A DNA stretch of 64,000 nucleotides from Candidatus Omnitrophota bacterium (GCA_023247445.1 JAHFGL010000005.1:11087-75086); one strand, 5' to 3'. Counted from the first letter of the stretch, positions 50,392 to 60,979 are shown. The notes: generated by a model not told the origin, from the sequence alone. A program made the numbers and translations.

Positions 50392-50883
50392 CTATTTTAA
50401 CGCCAGCTGCGGTTCTTTTTTATCAATGGAAACTTCTGGATGCTTCTTGCCCTTCTTAACTGTCATCGTGTGGTATGTTGAATCTTCCTTATAATAATTC
50501 AACCCGCGCTCAATATATTGTGTATCCATTTTTTGCGGCGCAAAAAACTTCGCACAAAATTCTTTTGCCTTCTCTATTTCAAATGAACGGCAACAATAAA
50601 TATCAATAGTAATAAAATCTTTCGGAGAAAGGGTGTGAATAACAATAGAACTTTCAATTAATGGAACCCAGCCAGAAAGACCGGCTTTATCGGGGAACTT
50701 AACTTCATCACTACGAAAAATATTGGGGGGAGCTTGCTTCTCCATTCCCAGATAACCGACGATTTCATCGAGGAATTGATAGCAAAGGGTTAAATCATCA
50801 CAAACACCTTTTTTACAACCATACAAATCGAGTAACAATTGAAAACCAAATACCTGGGAACTGCCAGCAGCAGATTGACTCAT
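50392..50883 (-). CDS. speH: S-adenosylmethionine decarboxylase proenzyme (small prokaryotic class)
   Basis: FGFQLLLDLYGC N-terminus and a serine processing-site region ESSIVIHT. Confidence 0.7.
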   Translation of the reverse strand: MSQSAAGSSQVFGFQLLLDLYGCKKGVCDDLTLCYQFLDEIVGYLGMEKQAPPNIFRSDEVKFPDKAGLSGWVPLIESSIVIHTLSPKDFITIDIYCCRSFEIEKAKEFCAKFFAPQKMDTQYIERGLNYYKEDSTYHTMTVKKGKKHPEVSIDKKEPQLALK

Positions 50884-51133
50884 TTTTACCTAGCCTTTTT
50901 TAATGATGTTAAAAATAGCTAAACTTGAAATAGAATTGTTTGGTTCGGTTGGTATCCATAATGAAGTACATATATACTACAAATTTAAAAACATTTCCAA
51001 TATTATTTTTGGCTGTGAAAGTGATTTAATTATATATGAAATCTACTTGGGTTTAATATTTTTTTATAAATTCTTTAAATCCAAAACGCGCCCCTTGCGC
51101 GAATCTTCCCCTTCGCTTATAATCACGGCAATC

Positions 51134-52099
51134 ATGTCCAAAGCCCCCGCGCTAGCCAAATTCAACAAACTACTCGATGACATCGCGCGTATTTATACAA
51201 CAGCCCGGCAAGCGCAGGTGCGTTTCGCCTGGGAGCTGGGACGACGTGTTGTTGAGGTTGAGCAGGACGGCGACGTCCACGCCGCGTATGGCTCGAAACT
51301 GATCCCTAAAATTTCGAAAGAACTTACCAAAAAGTTTGGACAGGGGTTTTCTCCTGAATCGTTACGAAAGATGCGTCAATTTTATACGCTTAATCCAATT
51401 CAGCCGGCGCCGGCTAAATTGGACTGGACTGATTATGTCGAACTTTTGCCGATTAAGGATAAACAAACACGCACACGTCTGGAACAGCGCGCTGTTAAAG
51501 AAGATCTTAATACTCGCGAGATTCGCCGCATTGTTCAAAAGATCAATAAAACTCCCGCCGCAAAATCCGCCAAAGCACTTGCGCCCTTAAAGCGTCCGAT
51601 GGATCTTAAACTTAACACATTTGCTCGATCAAAATTAACGGCCAAAATTGACAAGGACTTTGTCCTTATTGACTGCGGATTTTTTGTCAACTGGCCTGTT
51701 AAAAAAGAATCTCTAACTGACCTCGTTATTAGCGACACTCCCTCCTACACCTACGCGGCCACCATCGACCGCATTGTCGATGGCGACACGCTGATTGTTT
51801 TAGTTGAGGTGGGTTTCGGCATTATCATGCACGACAAATTGCGGCTGCGCGGCATTGATTGTCCGGAGCTGGGCACCCCCGAGGGTGAAAAGGCCAAGCG
51901 ATATGTCACCAGCCTCCTGCCCGTTGGGTCAGCGATTGTTCTTAAATCCCACAAAACCCGTACTGATACCCACGGCCGGTTTGTGGCGGATGTATTCTTT
52001 AAAGTAAACCAAAACAACAACGATGAAATCATCCAAAGCGGAGTATATTTAAATCAGCACCTTCTGGATCAAAGCCTCGCGGTCCGGATGAAAGAGTAA
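51134..52099 (+). CDS. Putative nuclease: YhcG/DUF1016 N-terminal domain fused to a staphylococcal-nuclease (SNase/thermonuclease) domain
   Basis: FAWELGRRVVEVEQ...SKELTKKFGQGFSPESLRKMRQFY is DUF1016-N-like. VDGDTLIVLV...LRLRGIDCPELGTPEGEKAKRYVT...THGRFVADVFF is SNase-like. GC is noticeably higher than flanking DNA. A TATAAT -10 lies upstream. Start set at Met78 of the track ORF. Confidence 0.65.
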   Translation: MSKAPALAKFNKLLDDIARIYTTARQAQVRFAWELGRRVVEVEQDGDVHAAYGSKLIPKISKELTKKFGQGFSPESLRKMRQFYTLNPIQPAPAKLDWTDYVELLPIKDKQTRTRLEQRAVKEDLNTREIRRIVQKINKTPAAKSAKALAPLKRPMDLKLNTFARSKLTAKIDKDFVLIDCGFFVNWPVKKESLTDLVISDTPSYTYAATIDRIVDGDTLIVLVEVGFGIIMHDKLRLRGIDCPELGTPEGEKAKRYVTSLLPVGSAIVLKSHKTRTDTHGRFVADVFFKVNQNNNDEIIQSGVYLNQHLLDQSLAVRMKE

Positions 52100-52111
52100 T
52101 CCTATCTAATT

Positions 52112-52420
52112 ATGTCTGAACTTTTACCGATTATATTTTCACCACTCGCCGTACTTATCGGTTATCCCTATTTGGCGCTAATTCCTGCAATTTTTTTGGG
52201 TATCGTTTATTTTAAATTAAAAAAAAATATAGTCGGGATAACGGCTCTCTTGTGGATCATTTACTCTGTATACGAAACTCTTAATTTACTTAGAATTACT
52301 TGTTCTGGTGAATGTAATATTAGGGTAGATTTAATTTTAATATTTCCTTTTTTAACAATACTGACGTTAATATCTCTCTTTCAAATAATAAGGGCAGCTT
52401 TCGTCAAAAGATTACGTTAG
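52112..52420 (+). CDS. Small 3-TM membrane protein, unknown function, downstream of the nuclease
   Basis: 102 aa, hydrophobic, AT-rich codons. Confidence 0.5.
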   Translation: MSELLPIIFSPLAVLIGYPYLALIPAIFLGIVYFKLKKNIVGITALLWIIYSVYETLNLLRITCSGECNIRVDLILIFPFLTILTLISLFQIIRAAFVKRLR

Positions 52421-52539
52421 ATAGATTCGTAAGGATAAGAATTGGAGCATGACAATTTTGTCTCACATGAGACTATCGTTTGCAATTTAAACGGAATTAT
52501 TTTACAATGAGGCACTTCACTGGAGCCCGAAGAACATTC

Positions 52540-52740
52540 ATGAAAATTACAATTAATGGACAATCTAAAGAACTAAACGATCGATCCAGCTTGCACGAGA
52601 TCATTACTCAATTTTCCAAAGACTGCTCACGTGTCATCGCTGAGGTCAATGGCGAGATTGTTAAAAGCCCTGTGTGGCCTTCGACAACCATTAAAGATGG
52701 CGACACAATTGAACTAGTGACTTTCGTCGGCGGCGGATAG
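52540..52740 (+). CDS. thiS: Sulfur-carrier protein ThiS
   Basis: 66 aa ending in GG. Start set at MKITING; the track ORF begins at 52480. Confidence 0.8.
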   Translation: MKITINGQSKELNDRSSLHEIITQFSKDCSRVIAEVNGEIVKSPVWPSTTIKDGDTIELVTFVGGG

Positions 52741-52745
52741 TTTTA

Positions 52746-52826
52746 CAGCTACCAGCTATCAGCCTTCAGCTGCCAGCAGTCTTCAGCTGAAAGCTACTGA
52801 TAGCTGAGAGCTGAAGGCTGAAAGCT
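52746..52826. repeat. AGCT-rich palindromic repeat (copy 2) in the thiS-thiG intercistronic gap
   Basis: cagctatcagccttcagctgccagcagtcttcagctgaaagctactgatagctgagagctgaaggctgaaagct. Confidence 0.6.
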
Positions 52827-52830
52827 ATTT

Positions 52831-53628
52831 ATGAAAACAACACATACAAAAATGCACGACACACCCTTTGTCATCGCTGGCAAATCCTTTTCGAATCGCT
52901 TTCTTCTGGGCACAGGCAAATTTAAAAATAAAATCGATCTAGCCGAAAGTATCCTTGCTTCTGAAACCGAAATTGTCACCGTCGCCTTGCGACGAATTGA
53001 TTTAGAACGCCACGAAGAAAATATCCTCGAATATATTCCATCCAACGTTACGCTTCTGACAAATACTTCCGGGGCGCGTACTGCGAAAGAAGCCATCCGC
53101 ATTGCCCGATTGGCTAAAGAATCCGGCTATGGCAATTGGGTTAAAATCGAAGTCATCAATGACAGTAAATATTTACTCCCTGATAATAATGAAACGATTG
53201 CGGCCACCGAAGTTTTAGCCGCCGAAGGCTTTGTTGTTCTTCCCTATATGTATCCTGATTTGTATGCCGCGCGCGCGCTTGTTAAAGCGGGAGCCGCAAG
53301 CATCATGCCGCTAGGGTCACTTATTGGCAGCAATCAAGGATTAAAGGCAAAAGAATTTATTAAGATATTGATTCAAGAAATTAAAGACGTGCCCATTATT
53401 GTTGATGCCGGCATTGGCTCGCCTTCACAGGCTGCGCAAGCGATGGAAATGGGTGCCGATGCTGTGCTCGTTAATACCGCGGTTGCCACTGCTGGAGATC
53501 CAGCCACACTCGCTAAAAGTTTTTCCATGGCGGTTGCCGCTGGCCGCTTAGCTTATTTAAGTAAATTGCCGCAACAAAAAGATATCGCCACCGCTTCTTC
53601 ACCATTAACAGGTTTTCTTTACGAATAA
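52831..53628 (+). CDS. thiG: Thiazole synthase
   Basis: 265 aa ThiG TIM barrel. Confidence 0.9.
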   Translation: MKTTHTKMHDTPFVIAGKSFSNRFLLGTGKFKNKIDLAESILASETEIVTVALRRIDLERHEENILEYIPSNVTLLTNTSGARTAKEAIRIARLAKESGYGNWVKIEVINDSKYLLPDNNETIAATEVLAAEGFVVLPYMYPDLYAARALVKAGAASIMPLGSLIGSNQGLKAKEFIKILIQEIKDVPIIVDAGIGSPSQAAQAMEMGADAVLVNTAVATAGDPATLAKSFSMAVAAGRLAYLSKLPQQKDIATASSPLTGFLYE

Positions 53629-53630
53629 CC

Positions 53631-54647
53631 ATGTTTACACTGACAGAAATTCAAAGCGCCTTAAACAATAATGATCCGCATTTCATTGAACAATTAGCTC
53701 AGAAGGCCAAAACAATTAAAGAACAATTTTTTGGTCGCACGATTGCTCTTTACGCCCCTCTTTATTTATCTAATTACTGCAGTAGTTATTGTACCTATTG
53801 CGGCTTTCACAGTCACAACCGCATTAAACGATTTAAATTAACCCAAAAAGAAATGCACCAAGAAATGAATTTCCTGGCCAAGCAAGGCATAGAAAATATT
53901 TTGCTTTTAACCGGCGAGTCCTACAACGTGACGCCGCTTTCCTATTTAAAAGAAGCCGTAAGCGTCGCCAAGCAATATTTTTCAAATATTAGCATTGAAG
54001 TTCATCCGATGGATGAGAATGATTACAAAGAACTCTTTGTCGCTGGGGTTGATGGTGTAACGGTTTATCAAGAGACATATGATCGCGTTCGTTACGCACA
54101 AGTCCATGTCAGTGGTCAAAAAGCGGATTATGATTATCGCTATGGGACGCCAGCGCGCGCCGCCAAAGCGGGTATTCGCAACATTTCGATAGGAATTTTG
54201 TTGGGGCTAGCCGATGTCGCGCAAGATCTTTTTGCACTCTACAGCCATCTGCATGACATGGAAAAAGATTATCCCGGCGTTGAATACAGCCTTTCTTTCC
54301 CTCGATTTAAAACCATCAAAGGGGAAGACTTTGCTCAATCTTACGTGGACGATAAAACGTTTATCAAGATTATTTGTCTAACGCGGATTTTGTTTCCTCG
54401 CGTTGGGATTAATTTGTCTACGAGGGAAAGTGCCCAGTTGCGCAACAACATCTTGGAACTTGGCATCACTAAAATATCGGCGGGATCAAACACATCTGTA
54501 GGCGGATATACACTTAAAACACCCGAAGAACAAGATCCCCAGTTTGACGTAGAAGATCATCGCTCCATTGATGAAGTCATTAAACTTTTGAAGAAACGCA
54601 ACCTCGATCCTGTCCTTACCGACTGGCGGCGCATTGAATTAGAATGA
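53631..54647 (+). CDS. thiH: 2-iminoacetate synthase (radical SAM)
   Basis: CSSYCTYCGF is a CxxxCxxC motif. It lies in a thiSGH cluster. Confidence 0.8.
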   Translation: MFTLTEIQSALNNNDPHFIEQLAQKAKTIKEQFFGRTIALYAPLYLSNYCSSYCTYCGFHSHNRIKRFKLTQKEMHQEMNFLAKQGIENILLLTGESYNVTPLSYLKEAVSVAKQYFSNISIEVHPMDENDYKELFVAGVDGVTVYQETYDRVRYAQVHVSGQKADYDYRYGTPARAAKAGIRNISIGILLGLADVAQDLFALYSHLHDMEKDYPGVEYSLSFPRFKTIKGEDFAQSYVDDKTFIKIICLTRILFPRVGINLSTRESAQLRNNILELGITKISAGSNTSVGGYTLKTPEEQDPQFDVEDHRSIDEVIKLLKKRNLDPVLTDWRRIELE

Positions 54648-55208
54648 AAGCATCTTGCTCTTAAAAGTTGATTTTAATTCTTCGAAACTTGGTCGATATT
54701 TATCAAAGTTTTCTGGATCCGTAATCATTTTAATTTCATAAAATATATTGTTCTCCGAAATCATATAAAAATCCAAAGTCAACTGGGCTGTTCCCATATC
54801 CTGATAAAGAACCCACTTCGATAATTGTTCGTTAATCTTGATTTCACCTTTTTGAATAATCCTAAATCCTTGATTGGTCAGCGCATTAATAATAAGAGGG
54901 AACTCATCTTCAATCCAAAAAGATCTTTCCAACTTCTTTGACGAAAGACTAATCGTCGTATTCGGGCCACCTTTGCGTGATTTTTGATCCACCGGGATAA
55001 GCACAATTGTTCTTGTCATGGTTTCTGGGTCGCTGTATTTGCCTTCATGACTTAACTCTGCACTTTTCTCCCAACCAGCTGGAATAACAAAAGTATACCC
55101 ATAACCTTTAACCTTGTCCGATTTAAATAACTTCGAATGGTTACAGCTATAAATAAAAACAACGGCCCCAATAAATATAATGAAAATATTCTTCACTGAA
55201 TCTGACAT
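54639..55208 (-). CDS. Lipoprotein of unknown function
   Basis: Lipobox IYSC. Confidence 0.5.
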   Translation of the reverse strand: MSDSVKNIFIIFIGAVVFIYSCNHSKLFKSDKVKGYGYTFVIPAGWEKSAELSHEGKYSDPETMTRTIVLIPVDQKSRKGGPNTTISLSSKKLERSFWIEDEFPLIINALTNQGFRIIQKGEIKINEQLSKWVLYQDMGTAQLTLDFYMISENNIFYEIKMITDPENFDKYRPSFEELKSTFKSKMLSF

Positions 55209-55374
55209 AAGCTGCCGCTCCTAAAAAATAATTAGTATGTGACTATTTGATCTAATATTACTTATAAATATCATGAGTACAACAATATTCATGACCTTTT
55301 TATTCTAGATAAAATAAGAGGGGACAAGTTAATTGTATCTTGTCCCCTTTTATCTCTAAAACCTAAACCCTATT

Positions 55375-56310
55375 TTATGTTCTAAATTCAGCAAATAGGT
55401 CTGTACTCAAATATCGTTCACCGGTGCTAGGAATAATAGCCACGATCAACTTACCTTTATTCTCTGGACGCTTTGCAACTTGCAACGCCGCACAAACAGC
55501 CGCACCAGAAGAGATCCCGCACAAAATGCCCTCTTCGCGGATAAGTCGTTTCGCATATTCAAAGGCTTCTTCATTACTAACTTGAATGATTTCATCAATA
55601 ATCTTTGTATTTAAAATACTTGGAACAAATCCAGCGCCGATCCCTTGAATCTTATGTGGCCCTGGTTGTCCGCCGGAAAGAACCGGAGAACCTTTGGGTT
55701 CAACGGCAATTGTTTTAAACGAAGGTTTTCTTTTCTTGATGACTTCAGAAACACCCGTGATCGTTCCGCCGGTTCCGATGCCAGAAATAAGAATGTCTGC
55801 TTTGCCATCGGTGTCATTCCAAATTTCTTCAGCGGTAGTCTTTCGATGAACTTCAGGATTCGCCAAGTTATCAAATTGCTGCGGAACAAAATAGTTTGAG
55901 TCAGATTCAGCTAATTCTTTAGCTTTCTTGATAGCCCCCTTCATCCCTTCCGGTCCAGGAGTTAAAATCAAATTAGCGCCTAAAGCTTTAAGTAAAGCCC
56001 GTCGCTCTAAACTCATCGTCTCAGGCATTGTTAAAGTTATCTTGTAACCTTTAACAGCGCAAACAAAAGCCAGCGCAATTCCCGTATTTCCAGAAGTCGG
56101 CTCAAGAATAACTGTTTTATCTTTTTTAATTTTCCCATCGCGTTCAGCGGCTTCAATCATCGCCAAACCGATTCGGTCTTTAACGGATCCTAATGGATTA
56201 TAAAATTCTAATTTTAAAACGACATCAGCAACACAGCCTTGTGTCAGTTTATTTAATCGCACCAGCGGTGTTTTGCCAATAAGTTCTGTAATATCATTCG
56301 CTATTTTCAT
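55375..56310 (-). CDS. cysK: Cysteine synthase (PLP-dependent)
   Basis: TPLVRLN...SVKDRIG...TSGNTGI; start set at internal Met; the track ORF extends to 56370. Confidence 0.9.
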   Translation of the reverse strand: MKIANDITELIGKTPLVRLNKLTQGCVADVVLKLEFYNPLGSVKDRIGLAMIEAAERDGKIKKDKTVILEPTSGNTGIALAFVCAVKGYKITLTMPETMSLERRALLKALGANLILTPGPEGMKGAIKKAKELAESDSNYFVPQQFDNLANPEVHRKTTAEEIWNDTDGKADILISGIGTGGTITGVSEVIKKRKPSFKTIAVEPKGSPVLSGGQPGPHKIQGIGAGFVPSILNTKIIDEIIQVSNEEAFEYAKRLIREEGILCGISSGAAVCAALQVAKRPENKGKLIVAIIPSTGERYLSTDLFAEFRT

Positions 56311-56410
56311 TTTACTCTCCGTAGCTGTTGGTCCCATGTTTATCCTCCCTATTAAATTATTAACGGACAAAGATTTTAAATTGATAGTGCAATGTACCTT
56401 TGATCTCTTA

Positions 56411-56520
56411 TGTCATTTCCGCCCCGCGTTGTCATACCCGCGGAAGCGGGTATCTAAGCGGGGTAAATTCCCGCGGGAATCTAAATTTTGGATGCCCGAC
56501 AAAAACATTCGGGCATGACA
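56411..56520. repeat. Intact composite REP-like element (gtcat...gtcatacccgcggaagcgggtatc...cggggtaaattcccgcgggaatc...ggatgcccgacaaaaacattcgggcatgac)
   Basis: Reference copy for the 39306-39502 element. Confidence 0.75.
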
Positions 56521-56590
56521 GATTACTCGCTTAAAAATAAATACAAATTAAGAAGTTGAGGGGGATTATAACATCGGCAAAAATGATGTG

Positions 56591-58480
56591 TCAAGAAGTC
56601 GTTTCCTGCGATCTTCCTTCGCGGAGTTTCTTTAAATGAATCATCAAAATAGAAATTGCCGCCGGGGTAACCCCAGAAATACGATTGGCCTGGCCTAAAT
56701 TCATTGGGGAAAAGCGCTGCAGTTTCTGACGAATCTCGTGCGAAAGTCCGTGGATGACATCATAATTCATATCGCTAGGAATGCGGATATATTCAATGTG
56801 ACGAAAACGCTCAACTTCTTTTAATTGGCGAACAATGAATCCTTCATATTTAATTTCATATTCAACCTGATCAATCACTTCCTGGGGGAAATTTTTGAGC
56901 ATGCCATCGTAAGGCGCGATCATCGAGTAGCTTATCTCTGGTCGTCTTAAAATGTCGCTAAGCGTTGCTGGCTGGCGTAGCGGACTACTATTATATTTAA
57001 CCAATTCTTTATCCAAGTCACTGCCTGGATAAATTCGTGTCGTTCGCAAGTGTTCAATTTCTTTGTCGATAGCGATATACTTCTCTTCTACTTTCCGACA
57101 ATCGGCATCAGTTAATAAACCAAAATTTCGACCATGATGTGACAAGCGTTTATCGGCGTTATCTTCACGAACAATCAATCGATATTCAACCCGTGAGGTA
57201 AACATTCGATACGGCTCGTCTGTTCCCTTGGTTGTTAAATCATCGATCAAAACACCAATATAAGAATCTCGTCCTAAAATAAACGGTTCCTGATTTTTAA
57301 CCTTAAGCGCCGCGTTGATTCCCGCCACCAAGCCTTGCGCGCCCGCTTCTTCATATCCAGTTGTGCCATTGATTTGCCCAGCCAAATATAATCCCTGAAC
57401 TTTTTTAGTTTCCAAATAAGGTCGTAATTCCGTCGGCGGCACAACGCCATGCTCAATGGAATAACCATAGCGATTAATTTTTACTTTTTCCAAACCAACA
57501 ATGGAATGAACCATTTGCTCCTGGACTTCTTCGGGAAGACCCGTTGAAATTCCATTTGGATAATATTCATCTGTATCTAAACCTTCAGGCTCCAAGAAAA
57601 CATGATGACTGCCGCGGTCGGCAAACTTTTTTAATTTATCTTCAATGGAAGGACAATAACGCACACCCGTTGCTTGAATTTGGCCGGAATACATCGGCGA
57701 CAAATGCATATTCGCGCGAATAATTTCATGAGTTTGATTCGTTGTATGCGTAATATGGCAAGGCAAGAGCTTTTGCTCTTTGGGAATAAACGGTGTTCGA
57801 AAAGAAAATGGAATCGGCCGGTCATCGGAATGCTGAGCTTCTAGTTTGGAGAAATCAATTGTCTTTCCATCTAAGCGCGGTGGAGTTCCCGTTTTAAAAA
57901 ATAAAACTTCAAATCCTAAATCTTTAATATTATCAGCCAGGCGCGTTGAGTTGGGTTCACCAATACGACCGCCAGCTGTAATCTTCGTTCCAACATGCAT
58001 CCGTCCTTTTAAAAATGTTCCCGTCGTAACAATAACGCTTTGGCAACCAATCTCAACGCCAGATTCTGTTTTAATACCAACAACTTTGCCATTTGTAACA
58101 ACAATCTCTCCAACTTTATCTTCAAGGACAGTTAAGTTCGGTTGACTCTTAACAACTGCTTGCATGTAAAGCTTATATTGTTTGCGATCGGATTGGCAGC
58201 GTGAGGAGCGAACGGCCTGGCCTTTAGAGGCGTTGAGTTGACGAAATTGAATACCGGTCCGATCGGCCGCTAAACCCATCTCACCACCTAAAGCATCAAT
58301 CTCTTTAACCAATTGCCCTTTGCCAACGCCGCCAATAGCTGGATTGCAGCTCATTTGACCGATGGTGTCATAAAACAACGTCACCATAAGTGTTGAGCAA
58401 CCCATTCGGCTGCTGGCTAAAGCCGCTTCAACACCCGCATGACCAGCGCCGATGACAATACAATCGTAGTGTTTATTCAT
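56591..58480 (-). CDS. mnmG: tRNA uridine-5-carboxymethylaminomethyl modification enzyme MnmG
   Basis: N-terminal FAD motif DCIVIGAGHAG; 629 aa. Confidence 0.95.
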   Translation of the reverse strand: MNKHYDCIVIGAGHAGVEAALASSRMGCSTLMVTLFYDTIGQMSCNPAIGGVGKGQLVKEIDALGGEMGLAADRTGIQFRQLNASKGQAVRSSRCQSDRKQYKLYMQAVVKSQPNLTVLEDKVGEIVVTNGKVVGIKTESGVEIGCQSVIVTTGTFLKGRMHVGTKITAGGRIGEPNSTRLADNIKDLGFEVLFFKTGTPPRLDGKTIDFSKLEAQHSDDRPIPFSFRTPFIPKEQKLLPCHITHTTNQTHEIIRANMHLSPMYSGQIQATGVRYCPSIEDKLKKFADRGSHHVFLEPEGLDTDEYYPNGISTGLPEEVQEQMVHSIVGLEKVKINRYGYSIEHGVVPPTELRPYLETKKVQGLYLAGQINGTTGYEEAGAQGLVAGINAALKVKNQEPFILGRDSYIGVLIDDLTTKGTDEPYRMFTSRVEYRLIVREDNADKRLSHHGRNFGLLTDADCRKVEEKYIAIDKEIEHLRTTRIYPGSDLDKELVKYNSSPLRQPATLSDILRRPEISYSMIAPYDGMLKNFPQEVIDQVEYEIKYEGFIVRQLKEVERFRHIEYIRIPSDMNYDVIHGLSHEIRQKLQRFSPMNLGQANRISGVTPAAISILMIHLKKLREGRSQETTS

Positions 58481-58682
58481 AGTTCATAAAGTTAACGTAC
58501 AAATAAGACTTTGTCAAGAAAGCATTCTTTCACGAAATCCCAATATACAAATACCAAATACCAAACAATACACAAATTTCAATGACCAAAGTTCAAAATT
58601 ATTTGTTTGGTCATCATAATTTGTGTTGTTTGAGATTTGTGATTTATATATTGTTTGGAATTTGGTACTTGGAATGTGGAAT

Positions 58683-59687
58683 TTATTTTTTAGGAGGAGC
58701 GCAGGACTCGCGAATAACCAACTCCGGAGGCATGATAATATGTTTCTTCGTCTTGATCTCTCCGCTCATTAAGCTGCTTAACAAGCGAACAGATTCTTCC
58801 GCCATTTGAAACAAGGGTTGTTTAATCGTCGTTAAAGCAACTGATCCGTATAAACAGGCGGGGTTATCATCAAAACCAATAACGGAAACATCTTGGGGAA
58901 CTTTTACTTTCTTCTCTAAAAGAGCAGCGATAATTTCTAAAGCCATATCATCACTGGCGGCAAAAATTGCTGTTGGCGGCTCTTTAAGTTTTAAAAATTG
59001 TTCAACAGCAACCCGCGCACAACGCCTTGAATAATCTCCTTGATAAACATATTCCGTAGGTAAATTGACTTTTTTCTTTTGTAAATATTTCTTAAAACCT
59101 TCAAATCGTTCTAATCCCGATTGAGTATTAAGATTTCCTGTCACCGTGGCTATACGATTGTGTCCTAAGCTTACTAAATAATCAGCCGCAATCTCCCCCC
59201 CACGAGTATTATCAACAGCGATATAACTTACATCCAAATCTTCTACTTTATTATTGATAACAACTGATGATGTCCCCATCGCAAGGGCTGACTCCACTTG
59301 CTTACGATTTTCAATAATATCAGCAAAGATAACTCCCCCAACACTACTAGAATTAAGAGGATTAAATCCATTAGTAATGTGAAAAACCATATCCAGATGG
59401 GCCGTTTCACACCCATGGCCAACGCCACGGATTAATTCAATCGCATAGAAAGAATAAAAAATACCAGGATAGCCTGGCATTACCAAGCCAATAGAATTGT
59501 TAACTCCCTTAGCTAATCGTTGCGCACTGACATTGGGTTTAAACTTAAAAAAGGCAATAGCCTCTTCGACTTTAGTTTTATTTCTTTCAGAAACCGTTGG
59601 GAAGTTATTTAAAACGCGGGAAACTGTCGTAATAGAAACTTTGGCGCGGTGAGCAACATCAGTTATACTAACCTTTTTCGTATGCAC
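58683..59687 (-). CDS. LacI-family transcriptional regulator
   Basis: N-terminal HTH (VSITDVAHRAKVSITTVSRVLNN) and periplasmic-binding-protein fold. Confidence 0.9.
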   Translation of the reverse strand: MHTKKVSITDVAHRAKVSITTVSRVLNNFPTVSERNKTKVEEAIAFFKFKPNVSAQRLAKGVNNSIGLVMPGYPGIFYSFYAIELIRGVGHGCETAHLDMVFHITNGFNPLNSSSVGGVIFADIIENRKQVESALAMGTSSVVINNKVEDLDVSYIAVDNTRGGEIAADYLVSLGHNRIATVTGNLNTQSGLERFEGFKKYLQKKKVNLPTEYVYQGDYSRRCARVAVEQFLKLKEPPTAIFAASDDMALEIIAALLEKKVKVPQDVSVIGFDDNPACLYGSVALTTIKQPLFQMAEESVRLLSSLMSGEIKTKKHIIMPPELVIRESCAPPKK

Positions 59688-59710
59688 GTTTTTTAGCTTA
59701 CTTTTCTAGA

Positions 59711-60979
59711 TTATTGAATAATATCGCCAACCTGAATCTTTGACCATTGATCTTTGATATCAGCGGCGGAAATATCTTTGCGGATTTGAATTACTTGTAA
59801 ACGGGCGATATATTTAGAATCACGATACACGCTTAAAGTATCCCCCATACGAATTCCAGAATTTTCACCTAGATCAACAATAACAAAATTATTCTCTGTA
59901 TTAATACTAACAACTCGTCCGTTTAAGCCGGGCTTTTCTGATCCATTATTGAAATTTAATGCCTGTCCTTCTGAATTTACAACAATAGGGGGCAATTCCA
60001 CATCACCGCTCTTGCCAGGCACAGAATCAAATGTTCTATCTAACGTGTCTTTAATTTCCCATATCTCATCGATTTTGTTTTGAACCATCGTCTCAGTCTG
60101 ATCAAGTTTCTTTTCCATCGTCCCCTTGTCTTGAGTTAAACGAAGAACTGATTTCTCCAGGGCCCCTTTGGTTGAAACAAGACGTTTGATCTGTCCTAAC
60201 AATTCTTGATTATCTGATGATAACTTTGTTGCTTTATCAGATATAAATTTCTTTTCATTTTTTGTTCGCGCTAATTCTAAAGCCAAATTATTGGCTAAAT
60301 CACTTTTATATTTTATTTCTCGATCCAATGAATCTTTATCACTTTGCAAACTTGCCAACTTAACCTTTAGATCATCATTGCCTTGTTTTAACTCAACGAT
60401 TTCCACCGAGTTCTTAGACAAATCTTGTTTAAAATTTTCAATTTGAACTTCTAACTCTGCCTTTTCTTTCAAAATAGCGGCCCAATATTGTTCATTACCA
60501 ACACCTTGAATATTTGCTTGTTGTGCCGTTGGCGTTTCTTCTTGTTTAGGAGCAACCGGTTGTTCCTTACTTTTTAATTCTTCATCTTTTTTGATTGCTA
60601 ACTGTTCAGCCTCTTTAATCTTGAGCATAAGATCATCATTCTTTTTGACAATCTCATCAAATTGTATTTTTAATTTATCTTTTTTATCTGTTAAGTCTGT
60701 AACTTGGGCAAACAGATCATCTCTTTCTTTTTCAGTCGTTTTAATTCTGCCTTCCAGCTTGACTCGCTCAGCTTCACTTTTAGCCAGCGAATCTTTTAAT
60801 TTAGTATTTTCCGCAACACCCTTTTTTTCTCGATCCTGAGATTGACTAAGCTGTTGACTTAATCTTTCATTTTCTTTTTTAGCTTTATCTGTTTCTAAAA
60901 AATAATATCCTGCGCCACCAAAACTTAACAACACAAGAAGAATAAGTATAAAAACAATTAGCTTTGCAGCTTTAGACAT
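59711..60979 (-). CDS. Membrane-anchored coiled-coil protein with C-terminal small beta-barrel-like domain
   Basis: N-terminal TM, ~280 aa coiled coil, and C-terminus GRVVSINTENNFVIVDLGENSGIRMGDTLSVYR. Confidence 0.55.
   Translation of the reverse strand: MSKAAKLIVFILILLVLLSFGGAGYYFLETDKAKKENERLSQQLSQSQDREKKGVAENTKLKDSLAKSEAERVKLEGRIKTTEKERDDLFAQVTDLTDKKDKLKIQFDEIVKKNDDLMLKIKEAEQLAIKKDEELKSKEQPVAPKQEETPTAQQANIQGVGNEQYWAAILKEKAELEVQIENFKQDLSKNSVEIVELKQGNDDLKVKLASLQSDKDSLDREIKYKSDLANNLALELARTKNEKKFISDKATKLSSDNQELLGQIKRLVSTKGALEKSVLRLTQDKGTMEKKLDQTETMVQNKIDEIWEIKDTLDRTFDSVPGKSGDVELPPIVVNSEGQALNFNNGSEKPGLNGRVVSINTENNFVIVDLGENSGIRMGDTLSVYRDSKYIARLQVIQIRKDISAADIKDQWSKIQVGDIIQ

Noticed and set aside
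50903-51133. 77-codon N-terminal extension of the nuclease ORF
   Set aside because: It is AT-rich with different composition from the GC-rich body, has no homology, and a TATAAT promoter sits inside it. The real start is likely ATG 51134
51751-52032. ORFs 51751..52032(-) and 51804..52007(+) within the nuclease gene
   Set aside because: They are alternate-frame open stretches caused by the elevated GC content
52421-52539. Possible TPP riboswitch upstream of thiS
   Set aside because: I looked for the conserved CUGAGA / ACCUGAUCUGGAUAAUGCCAGCG-type elements and found none. Only a short gtctca-cat-gagac hairpin is present
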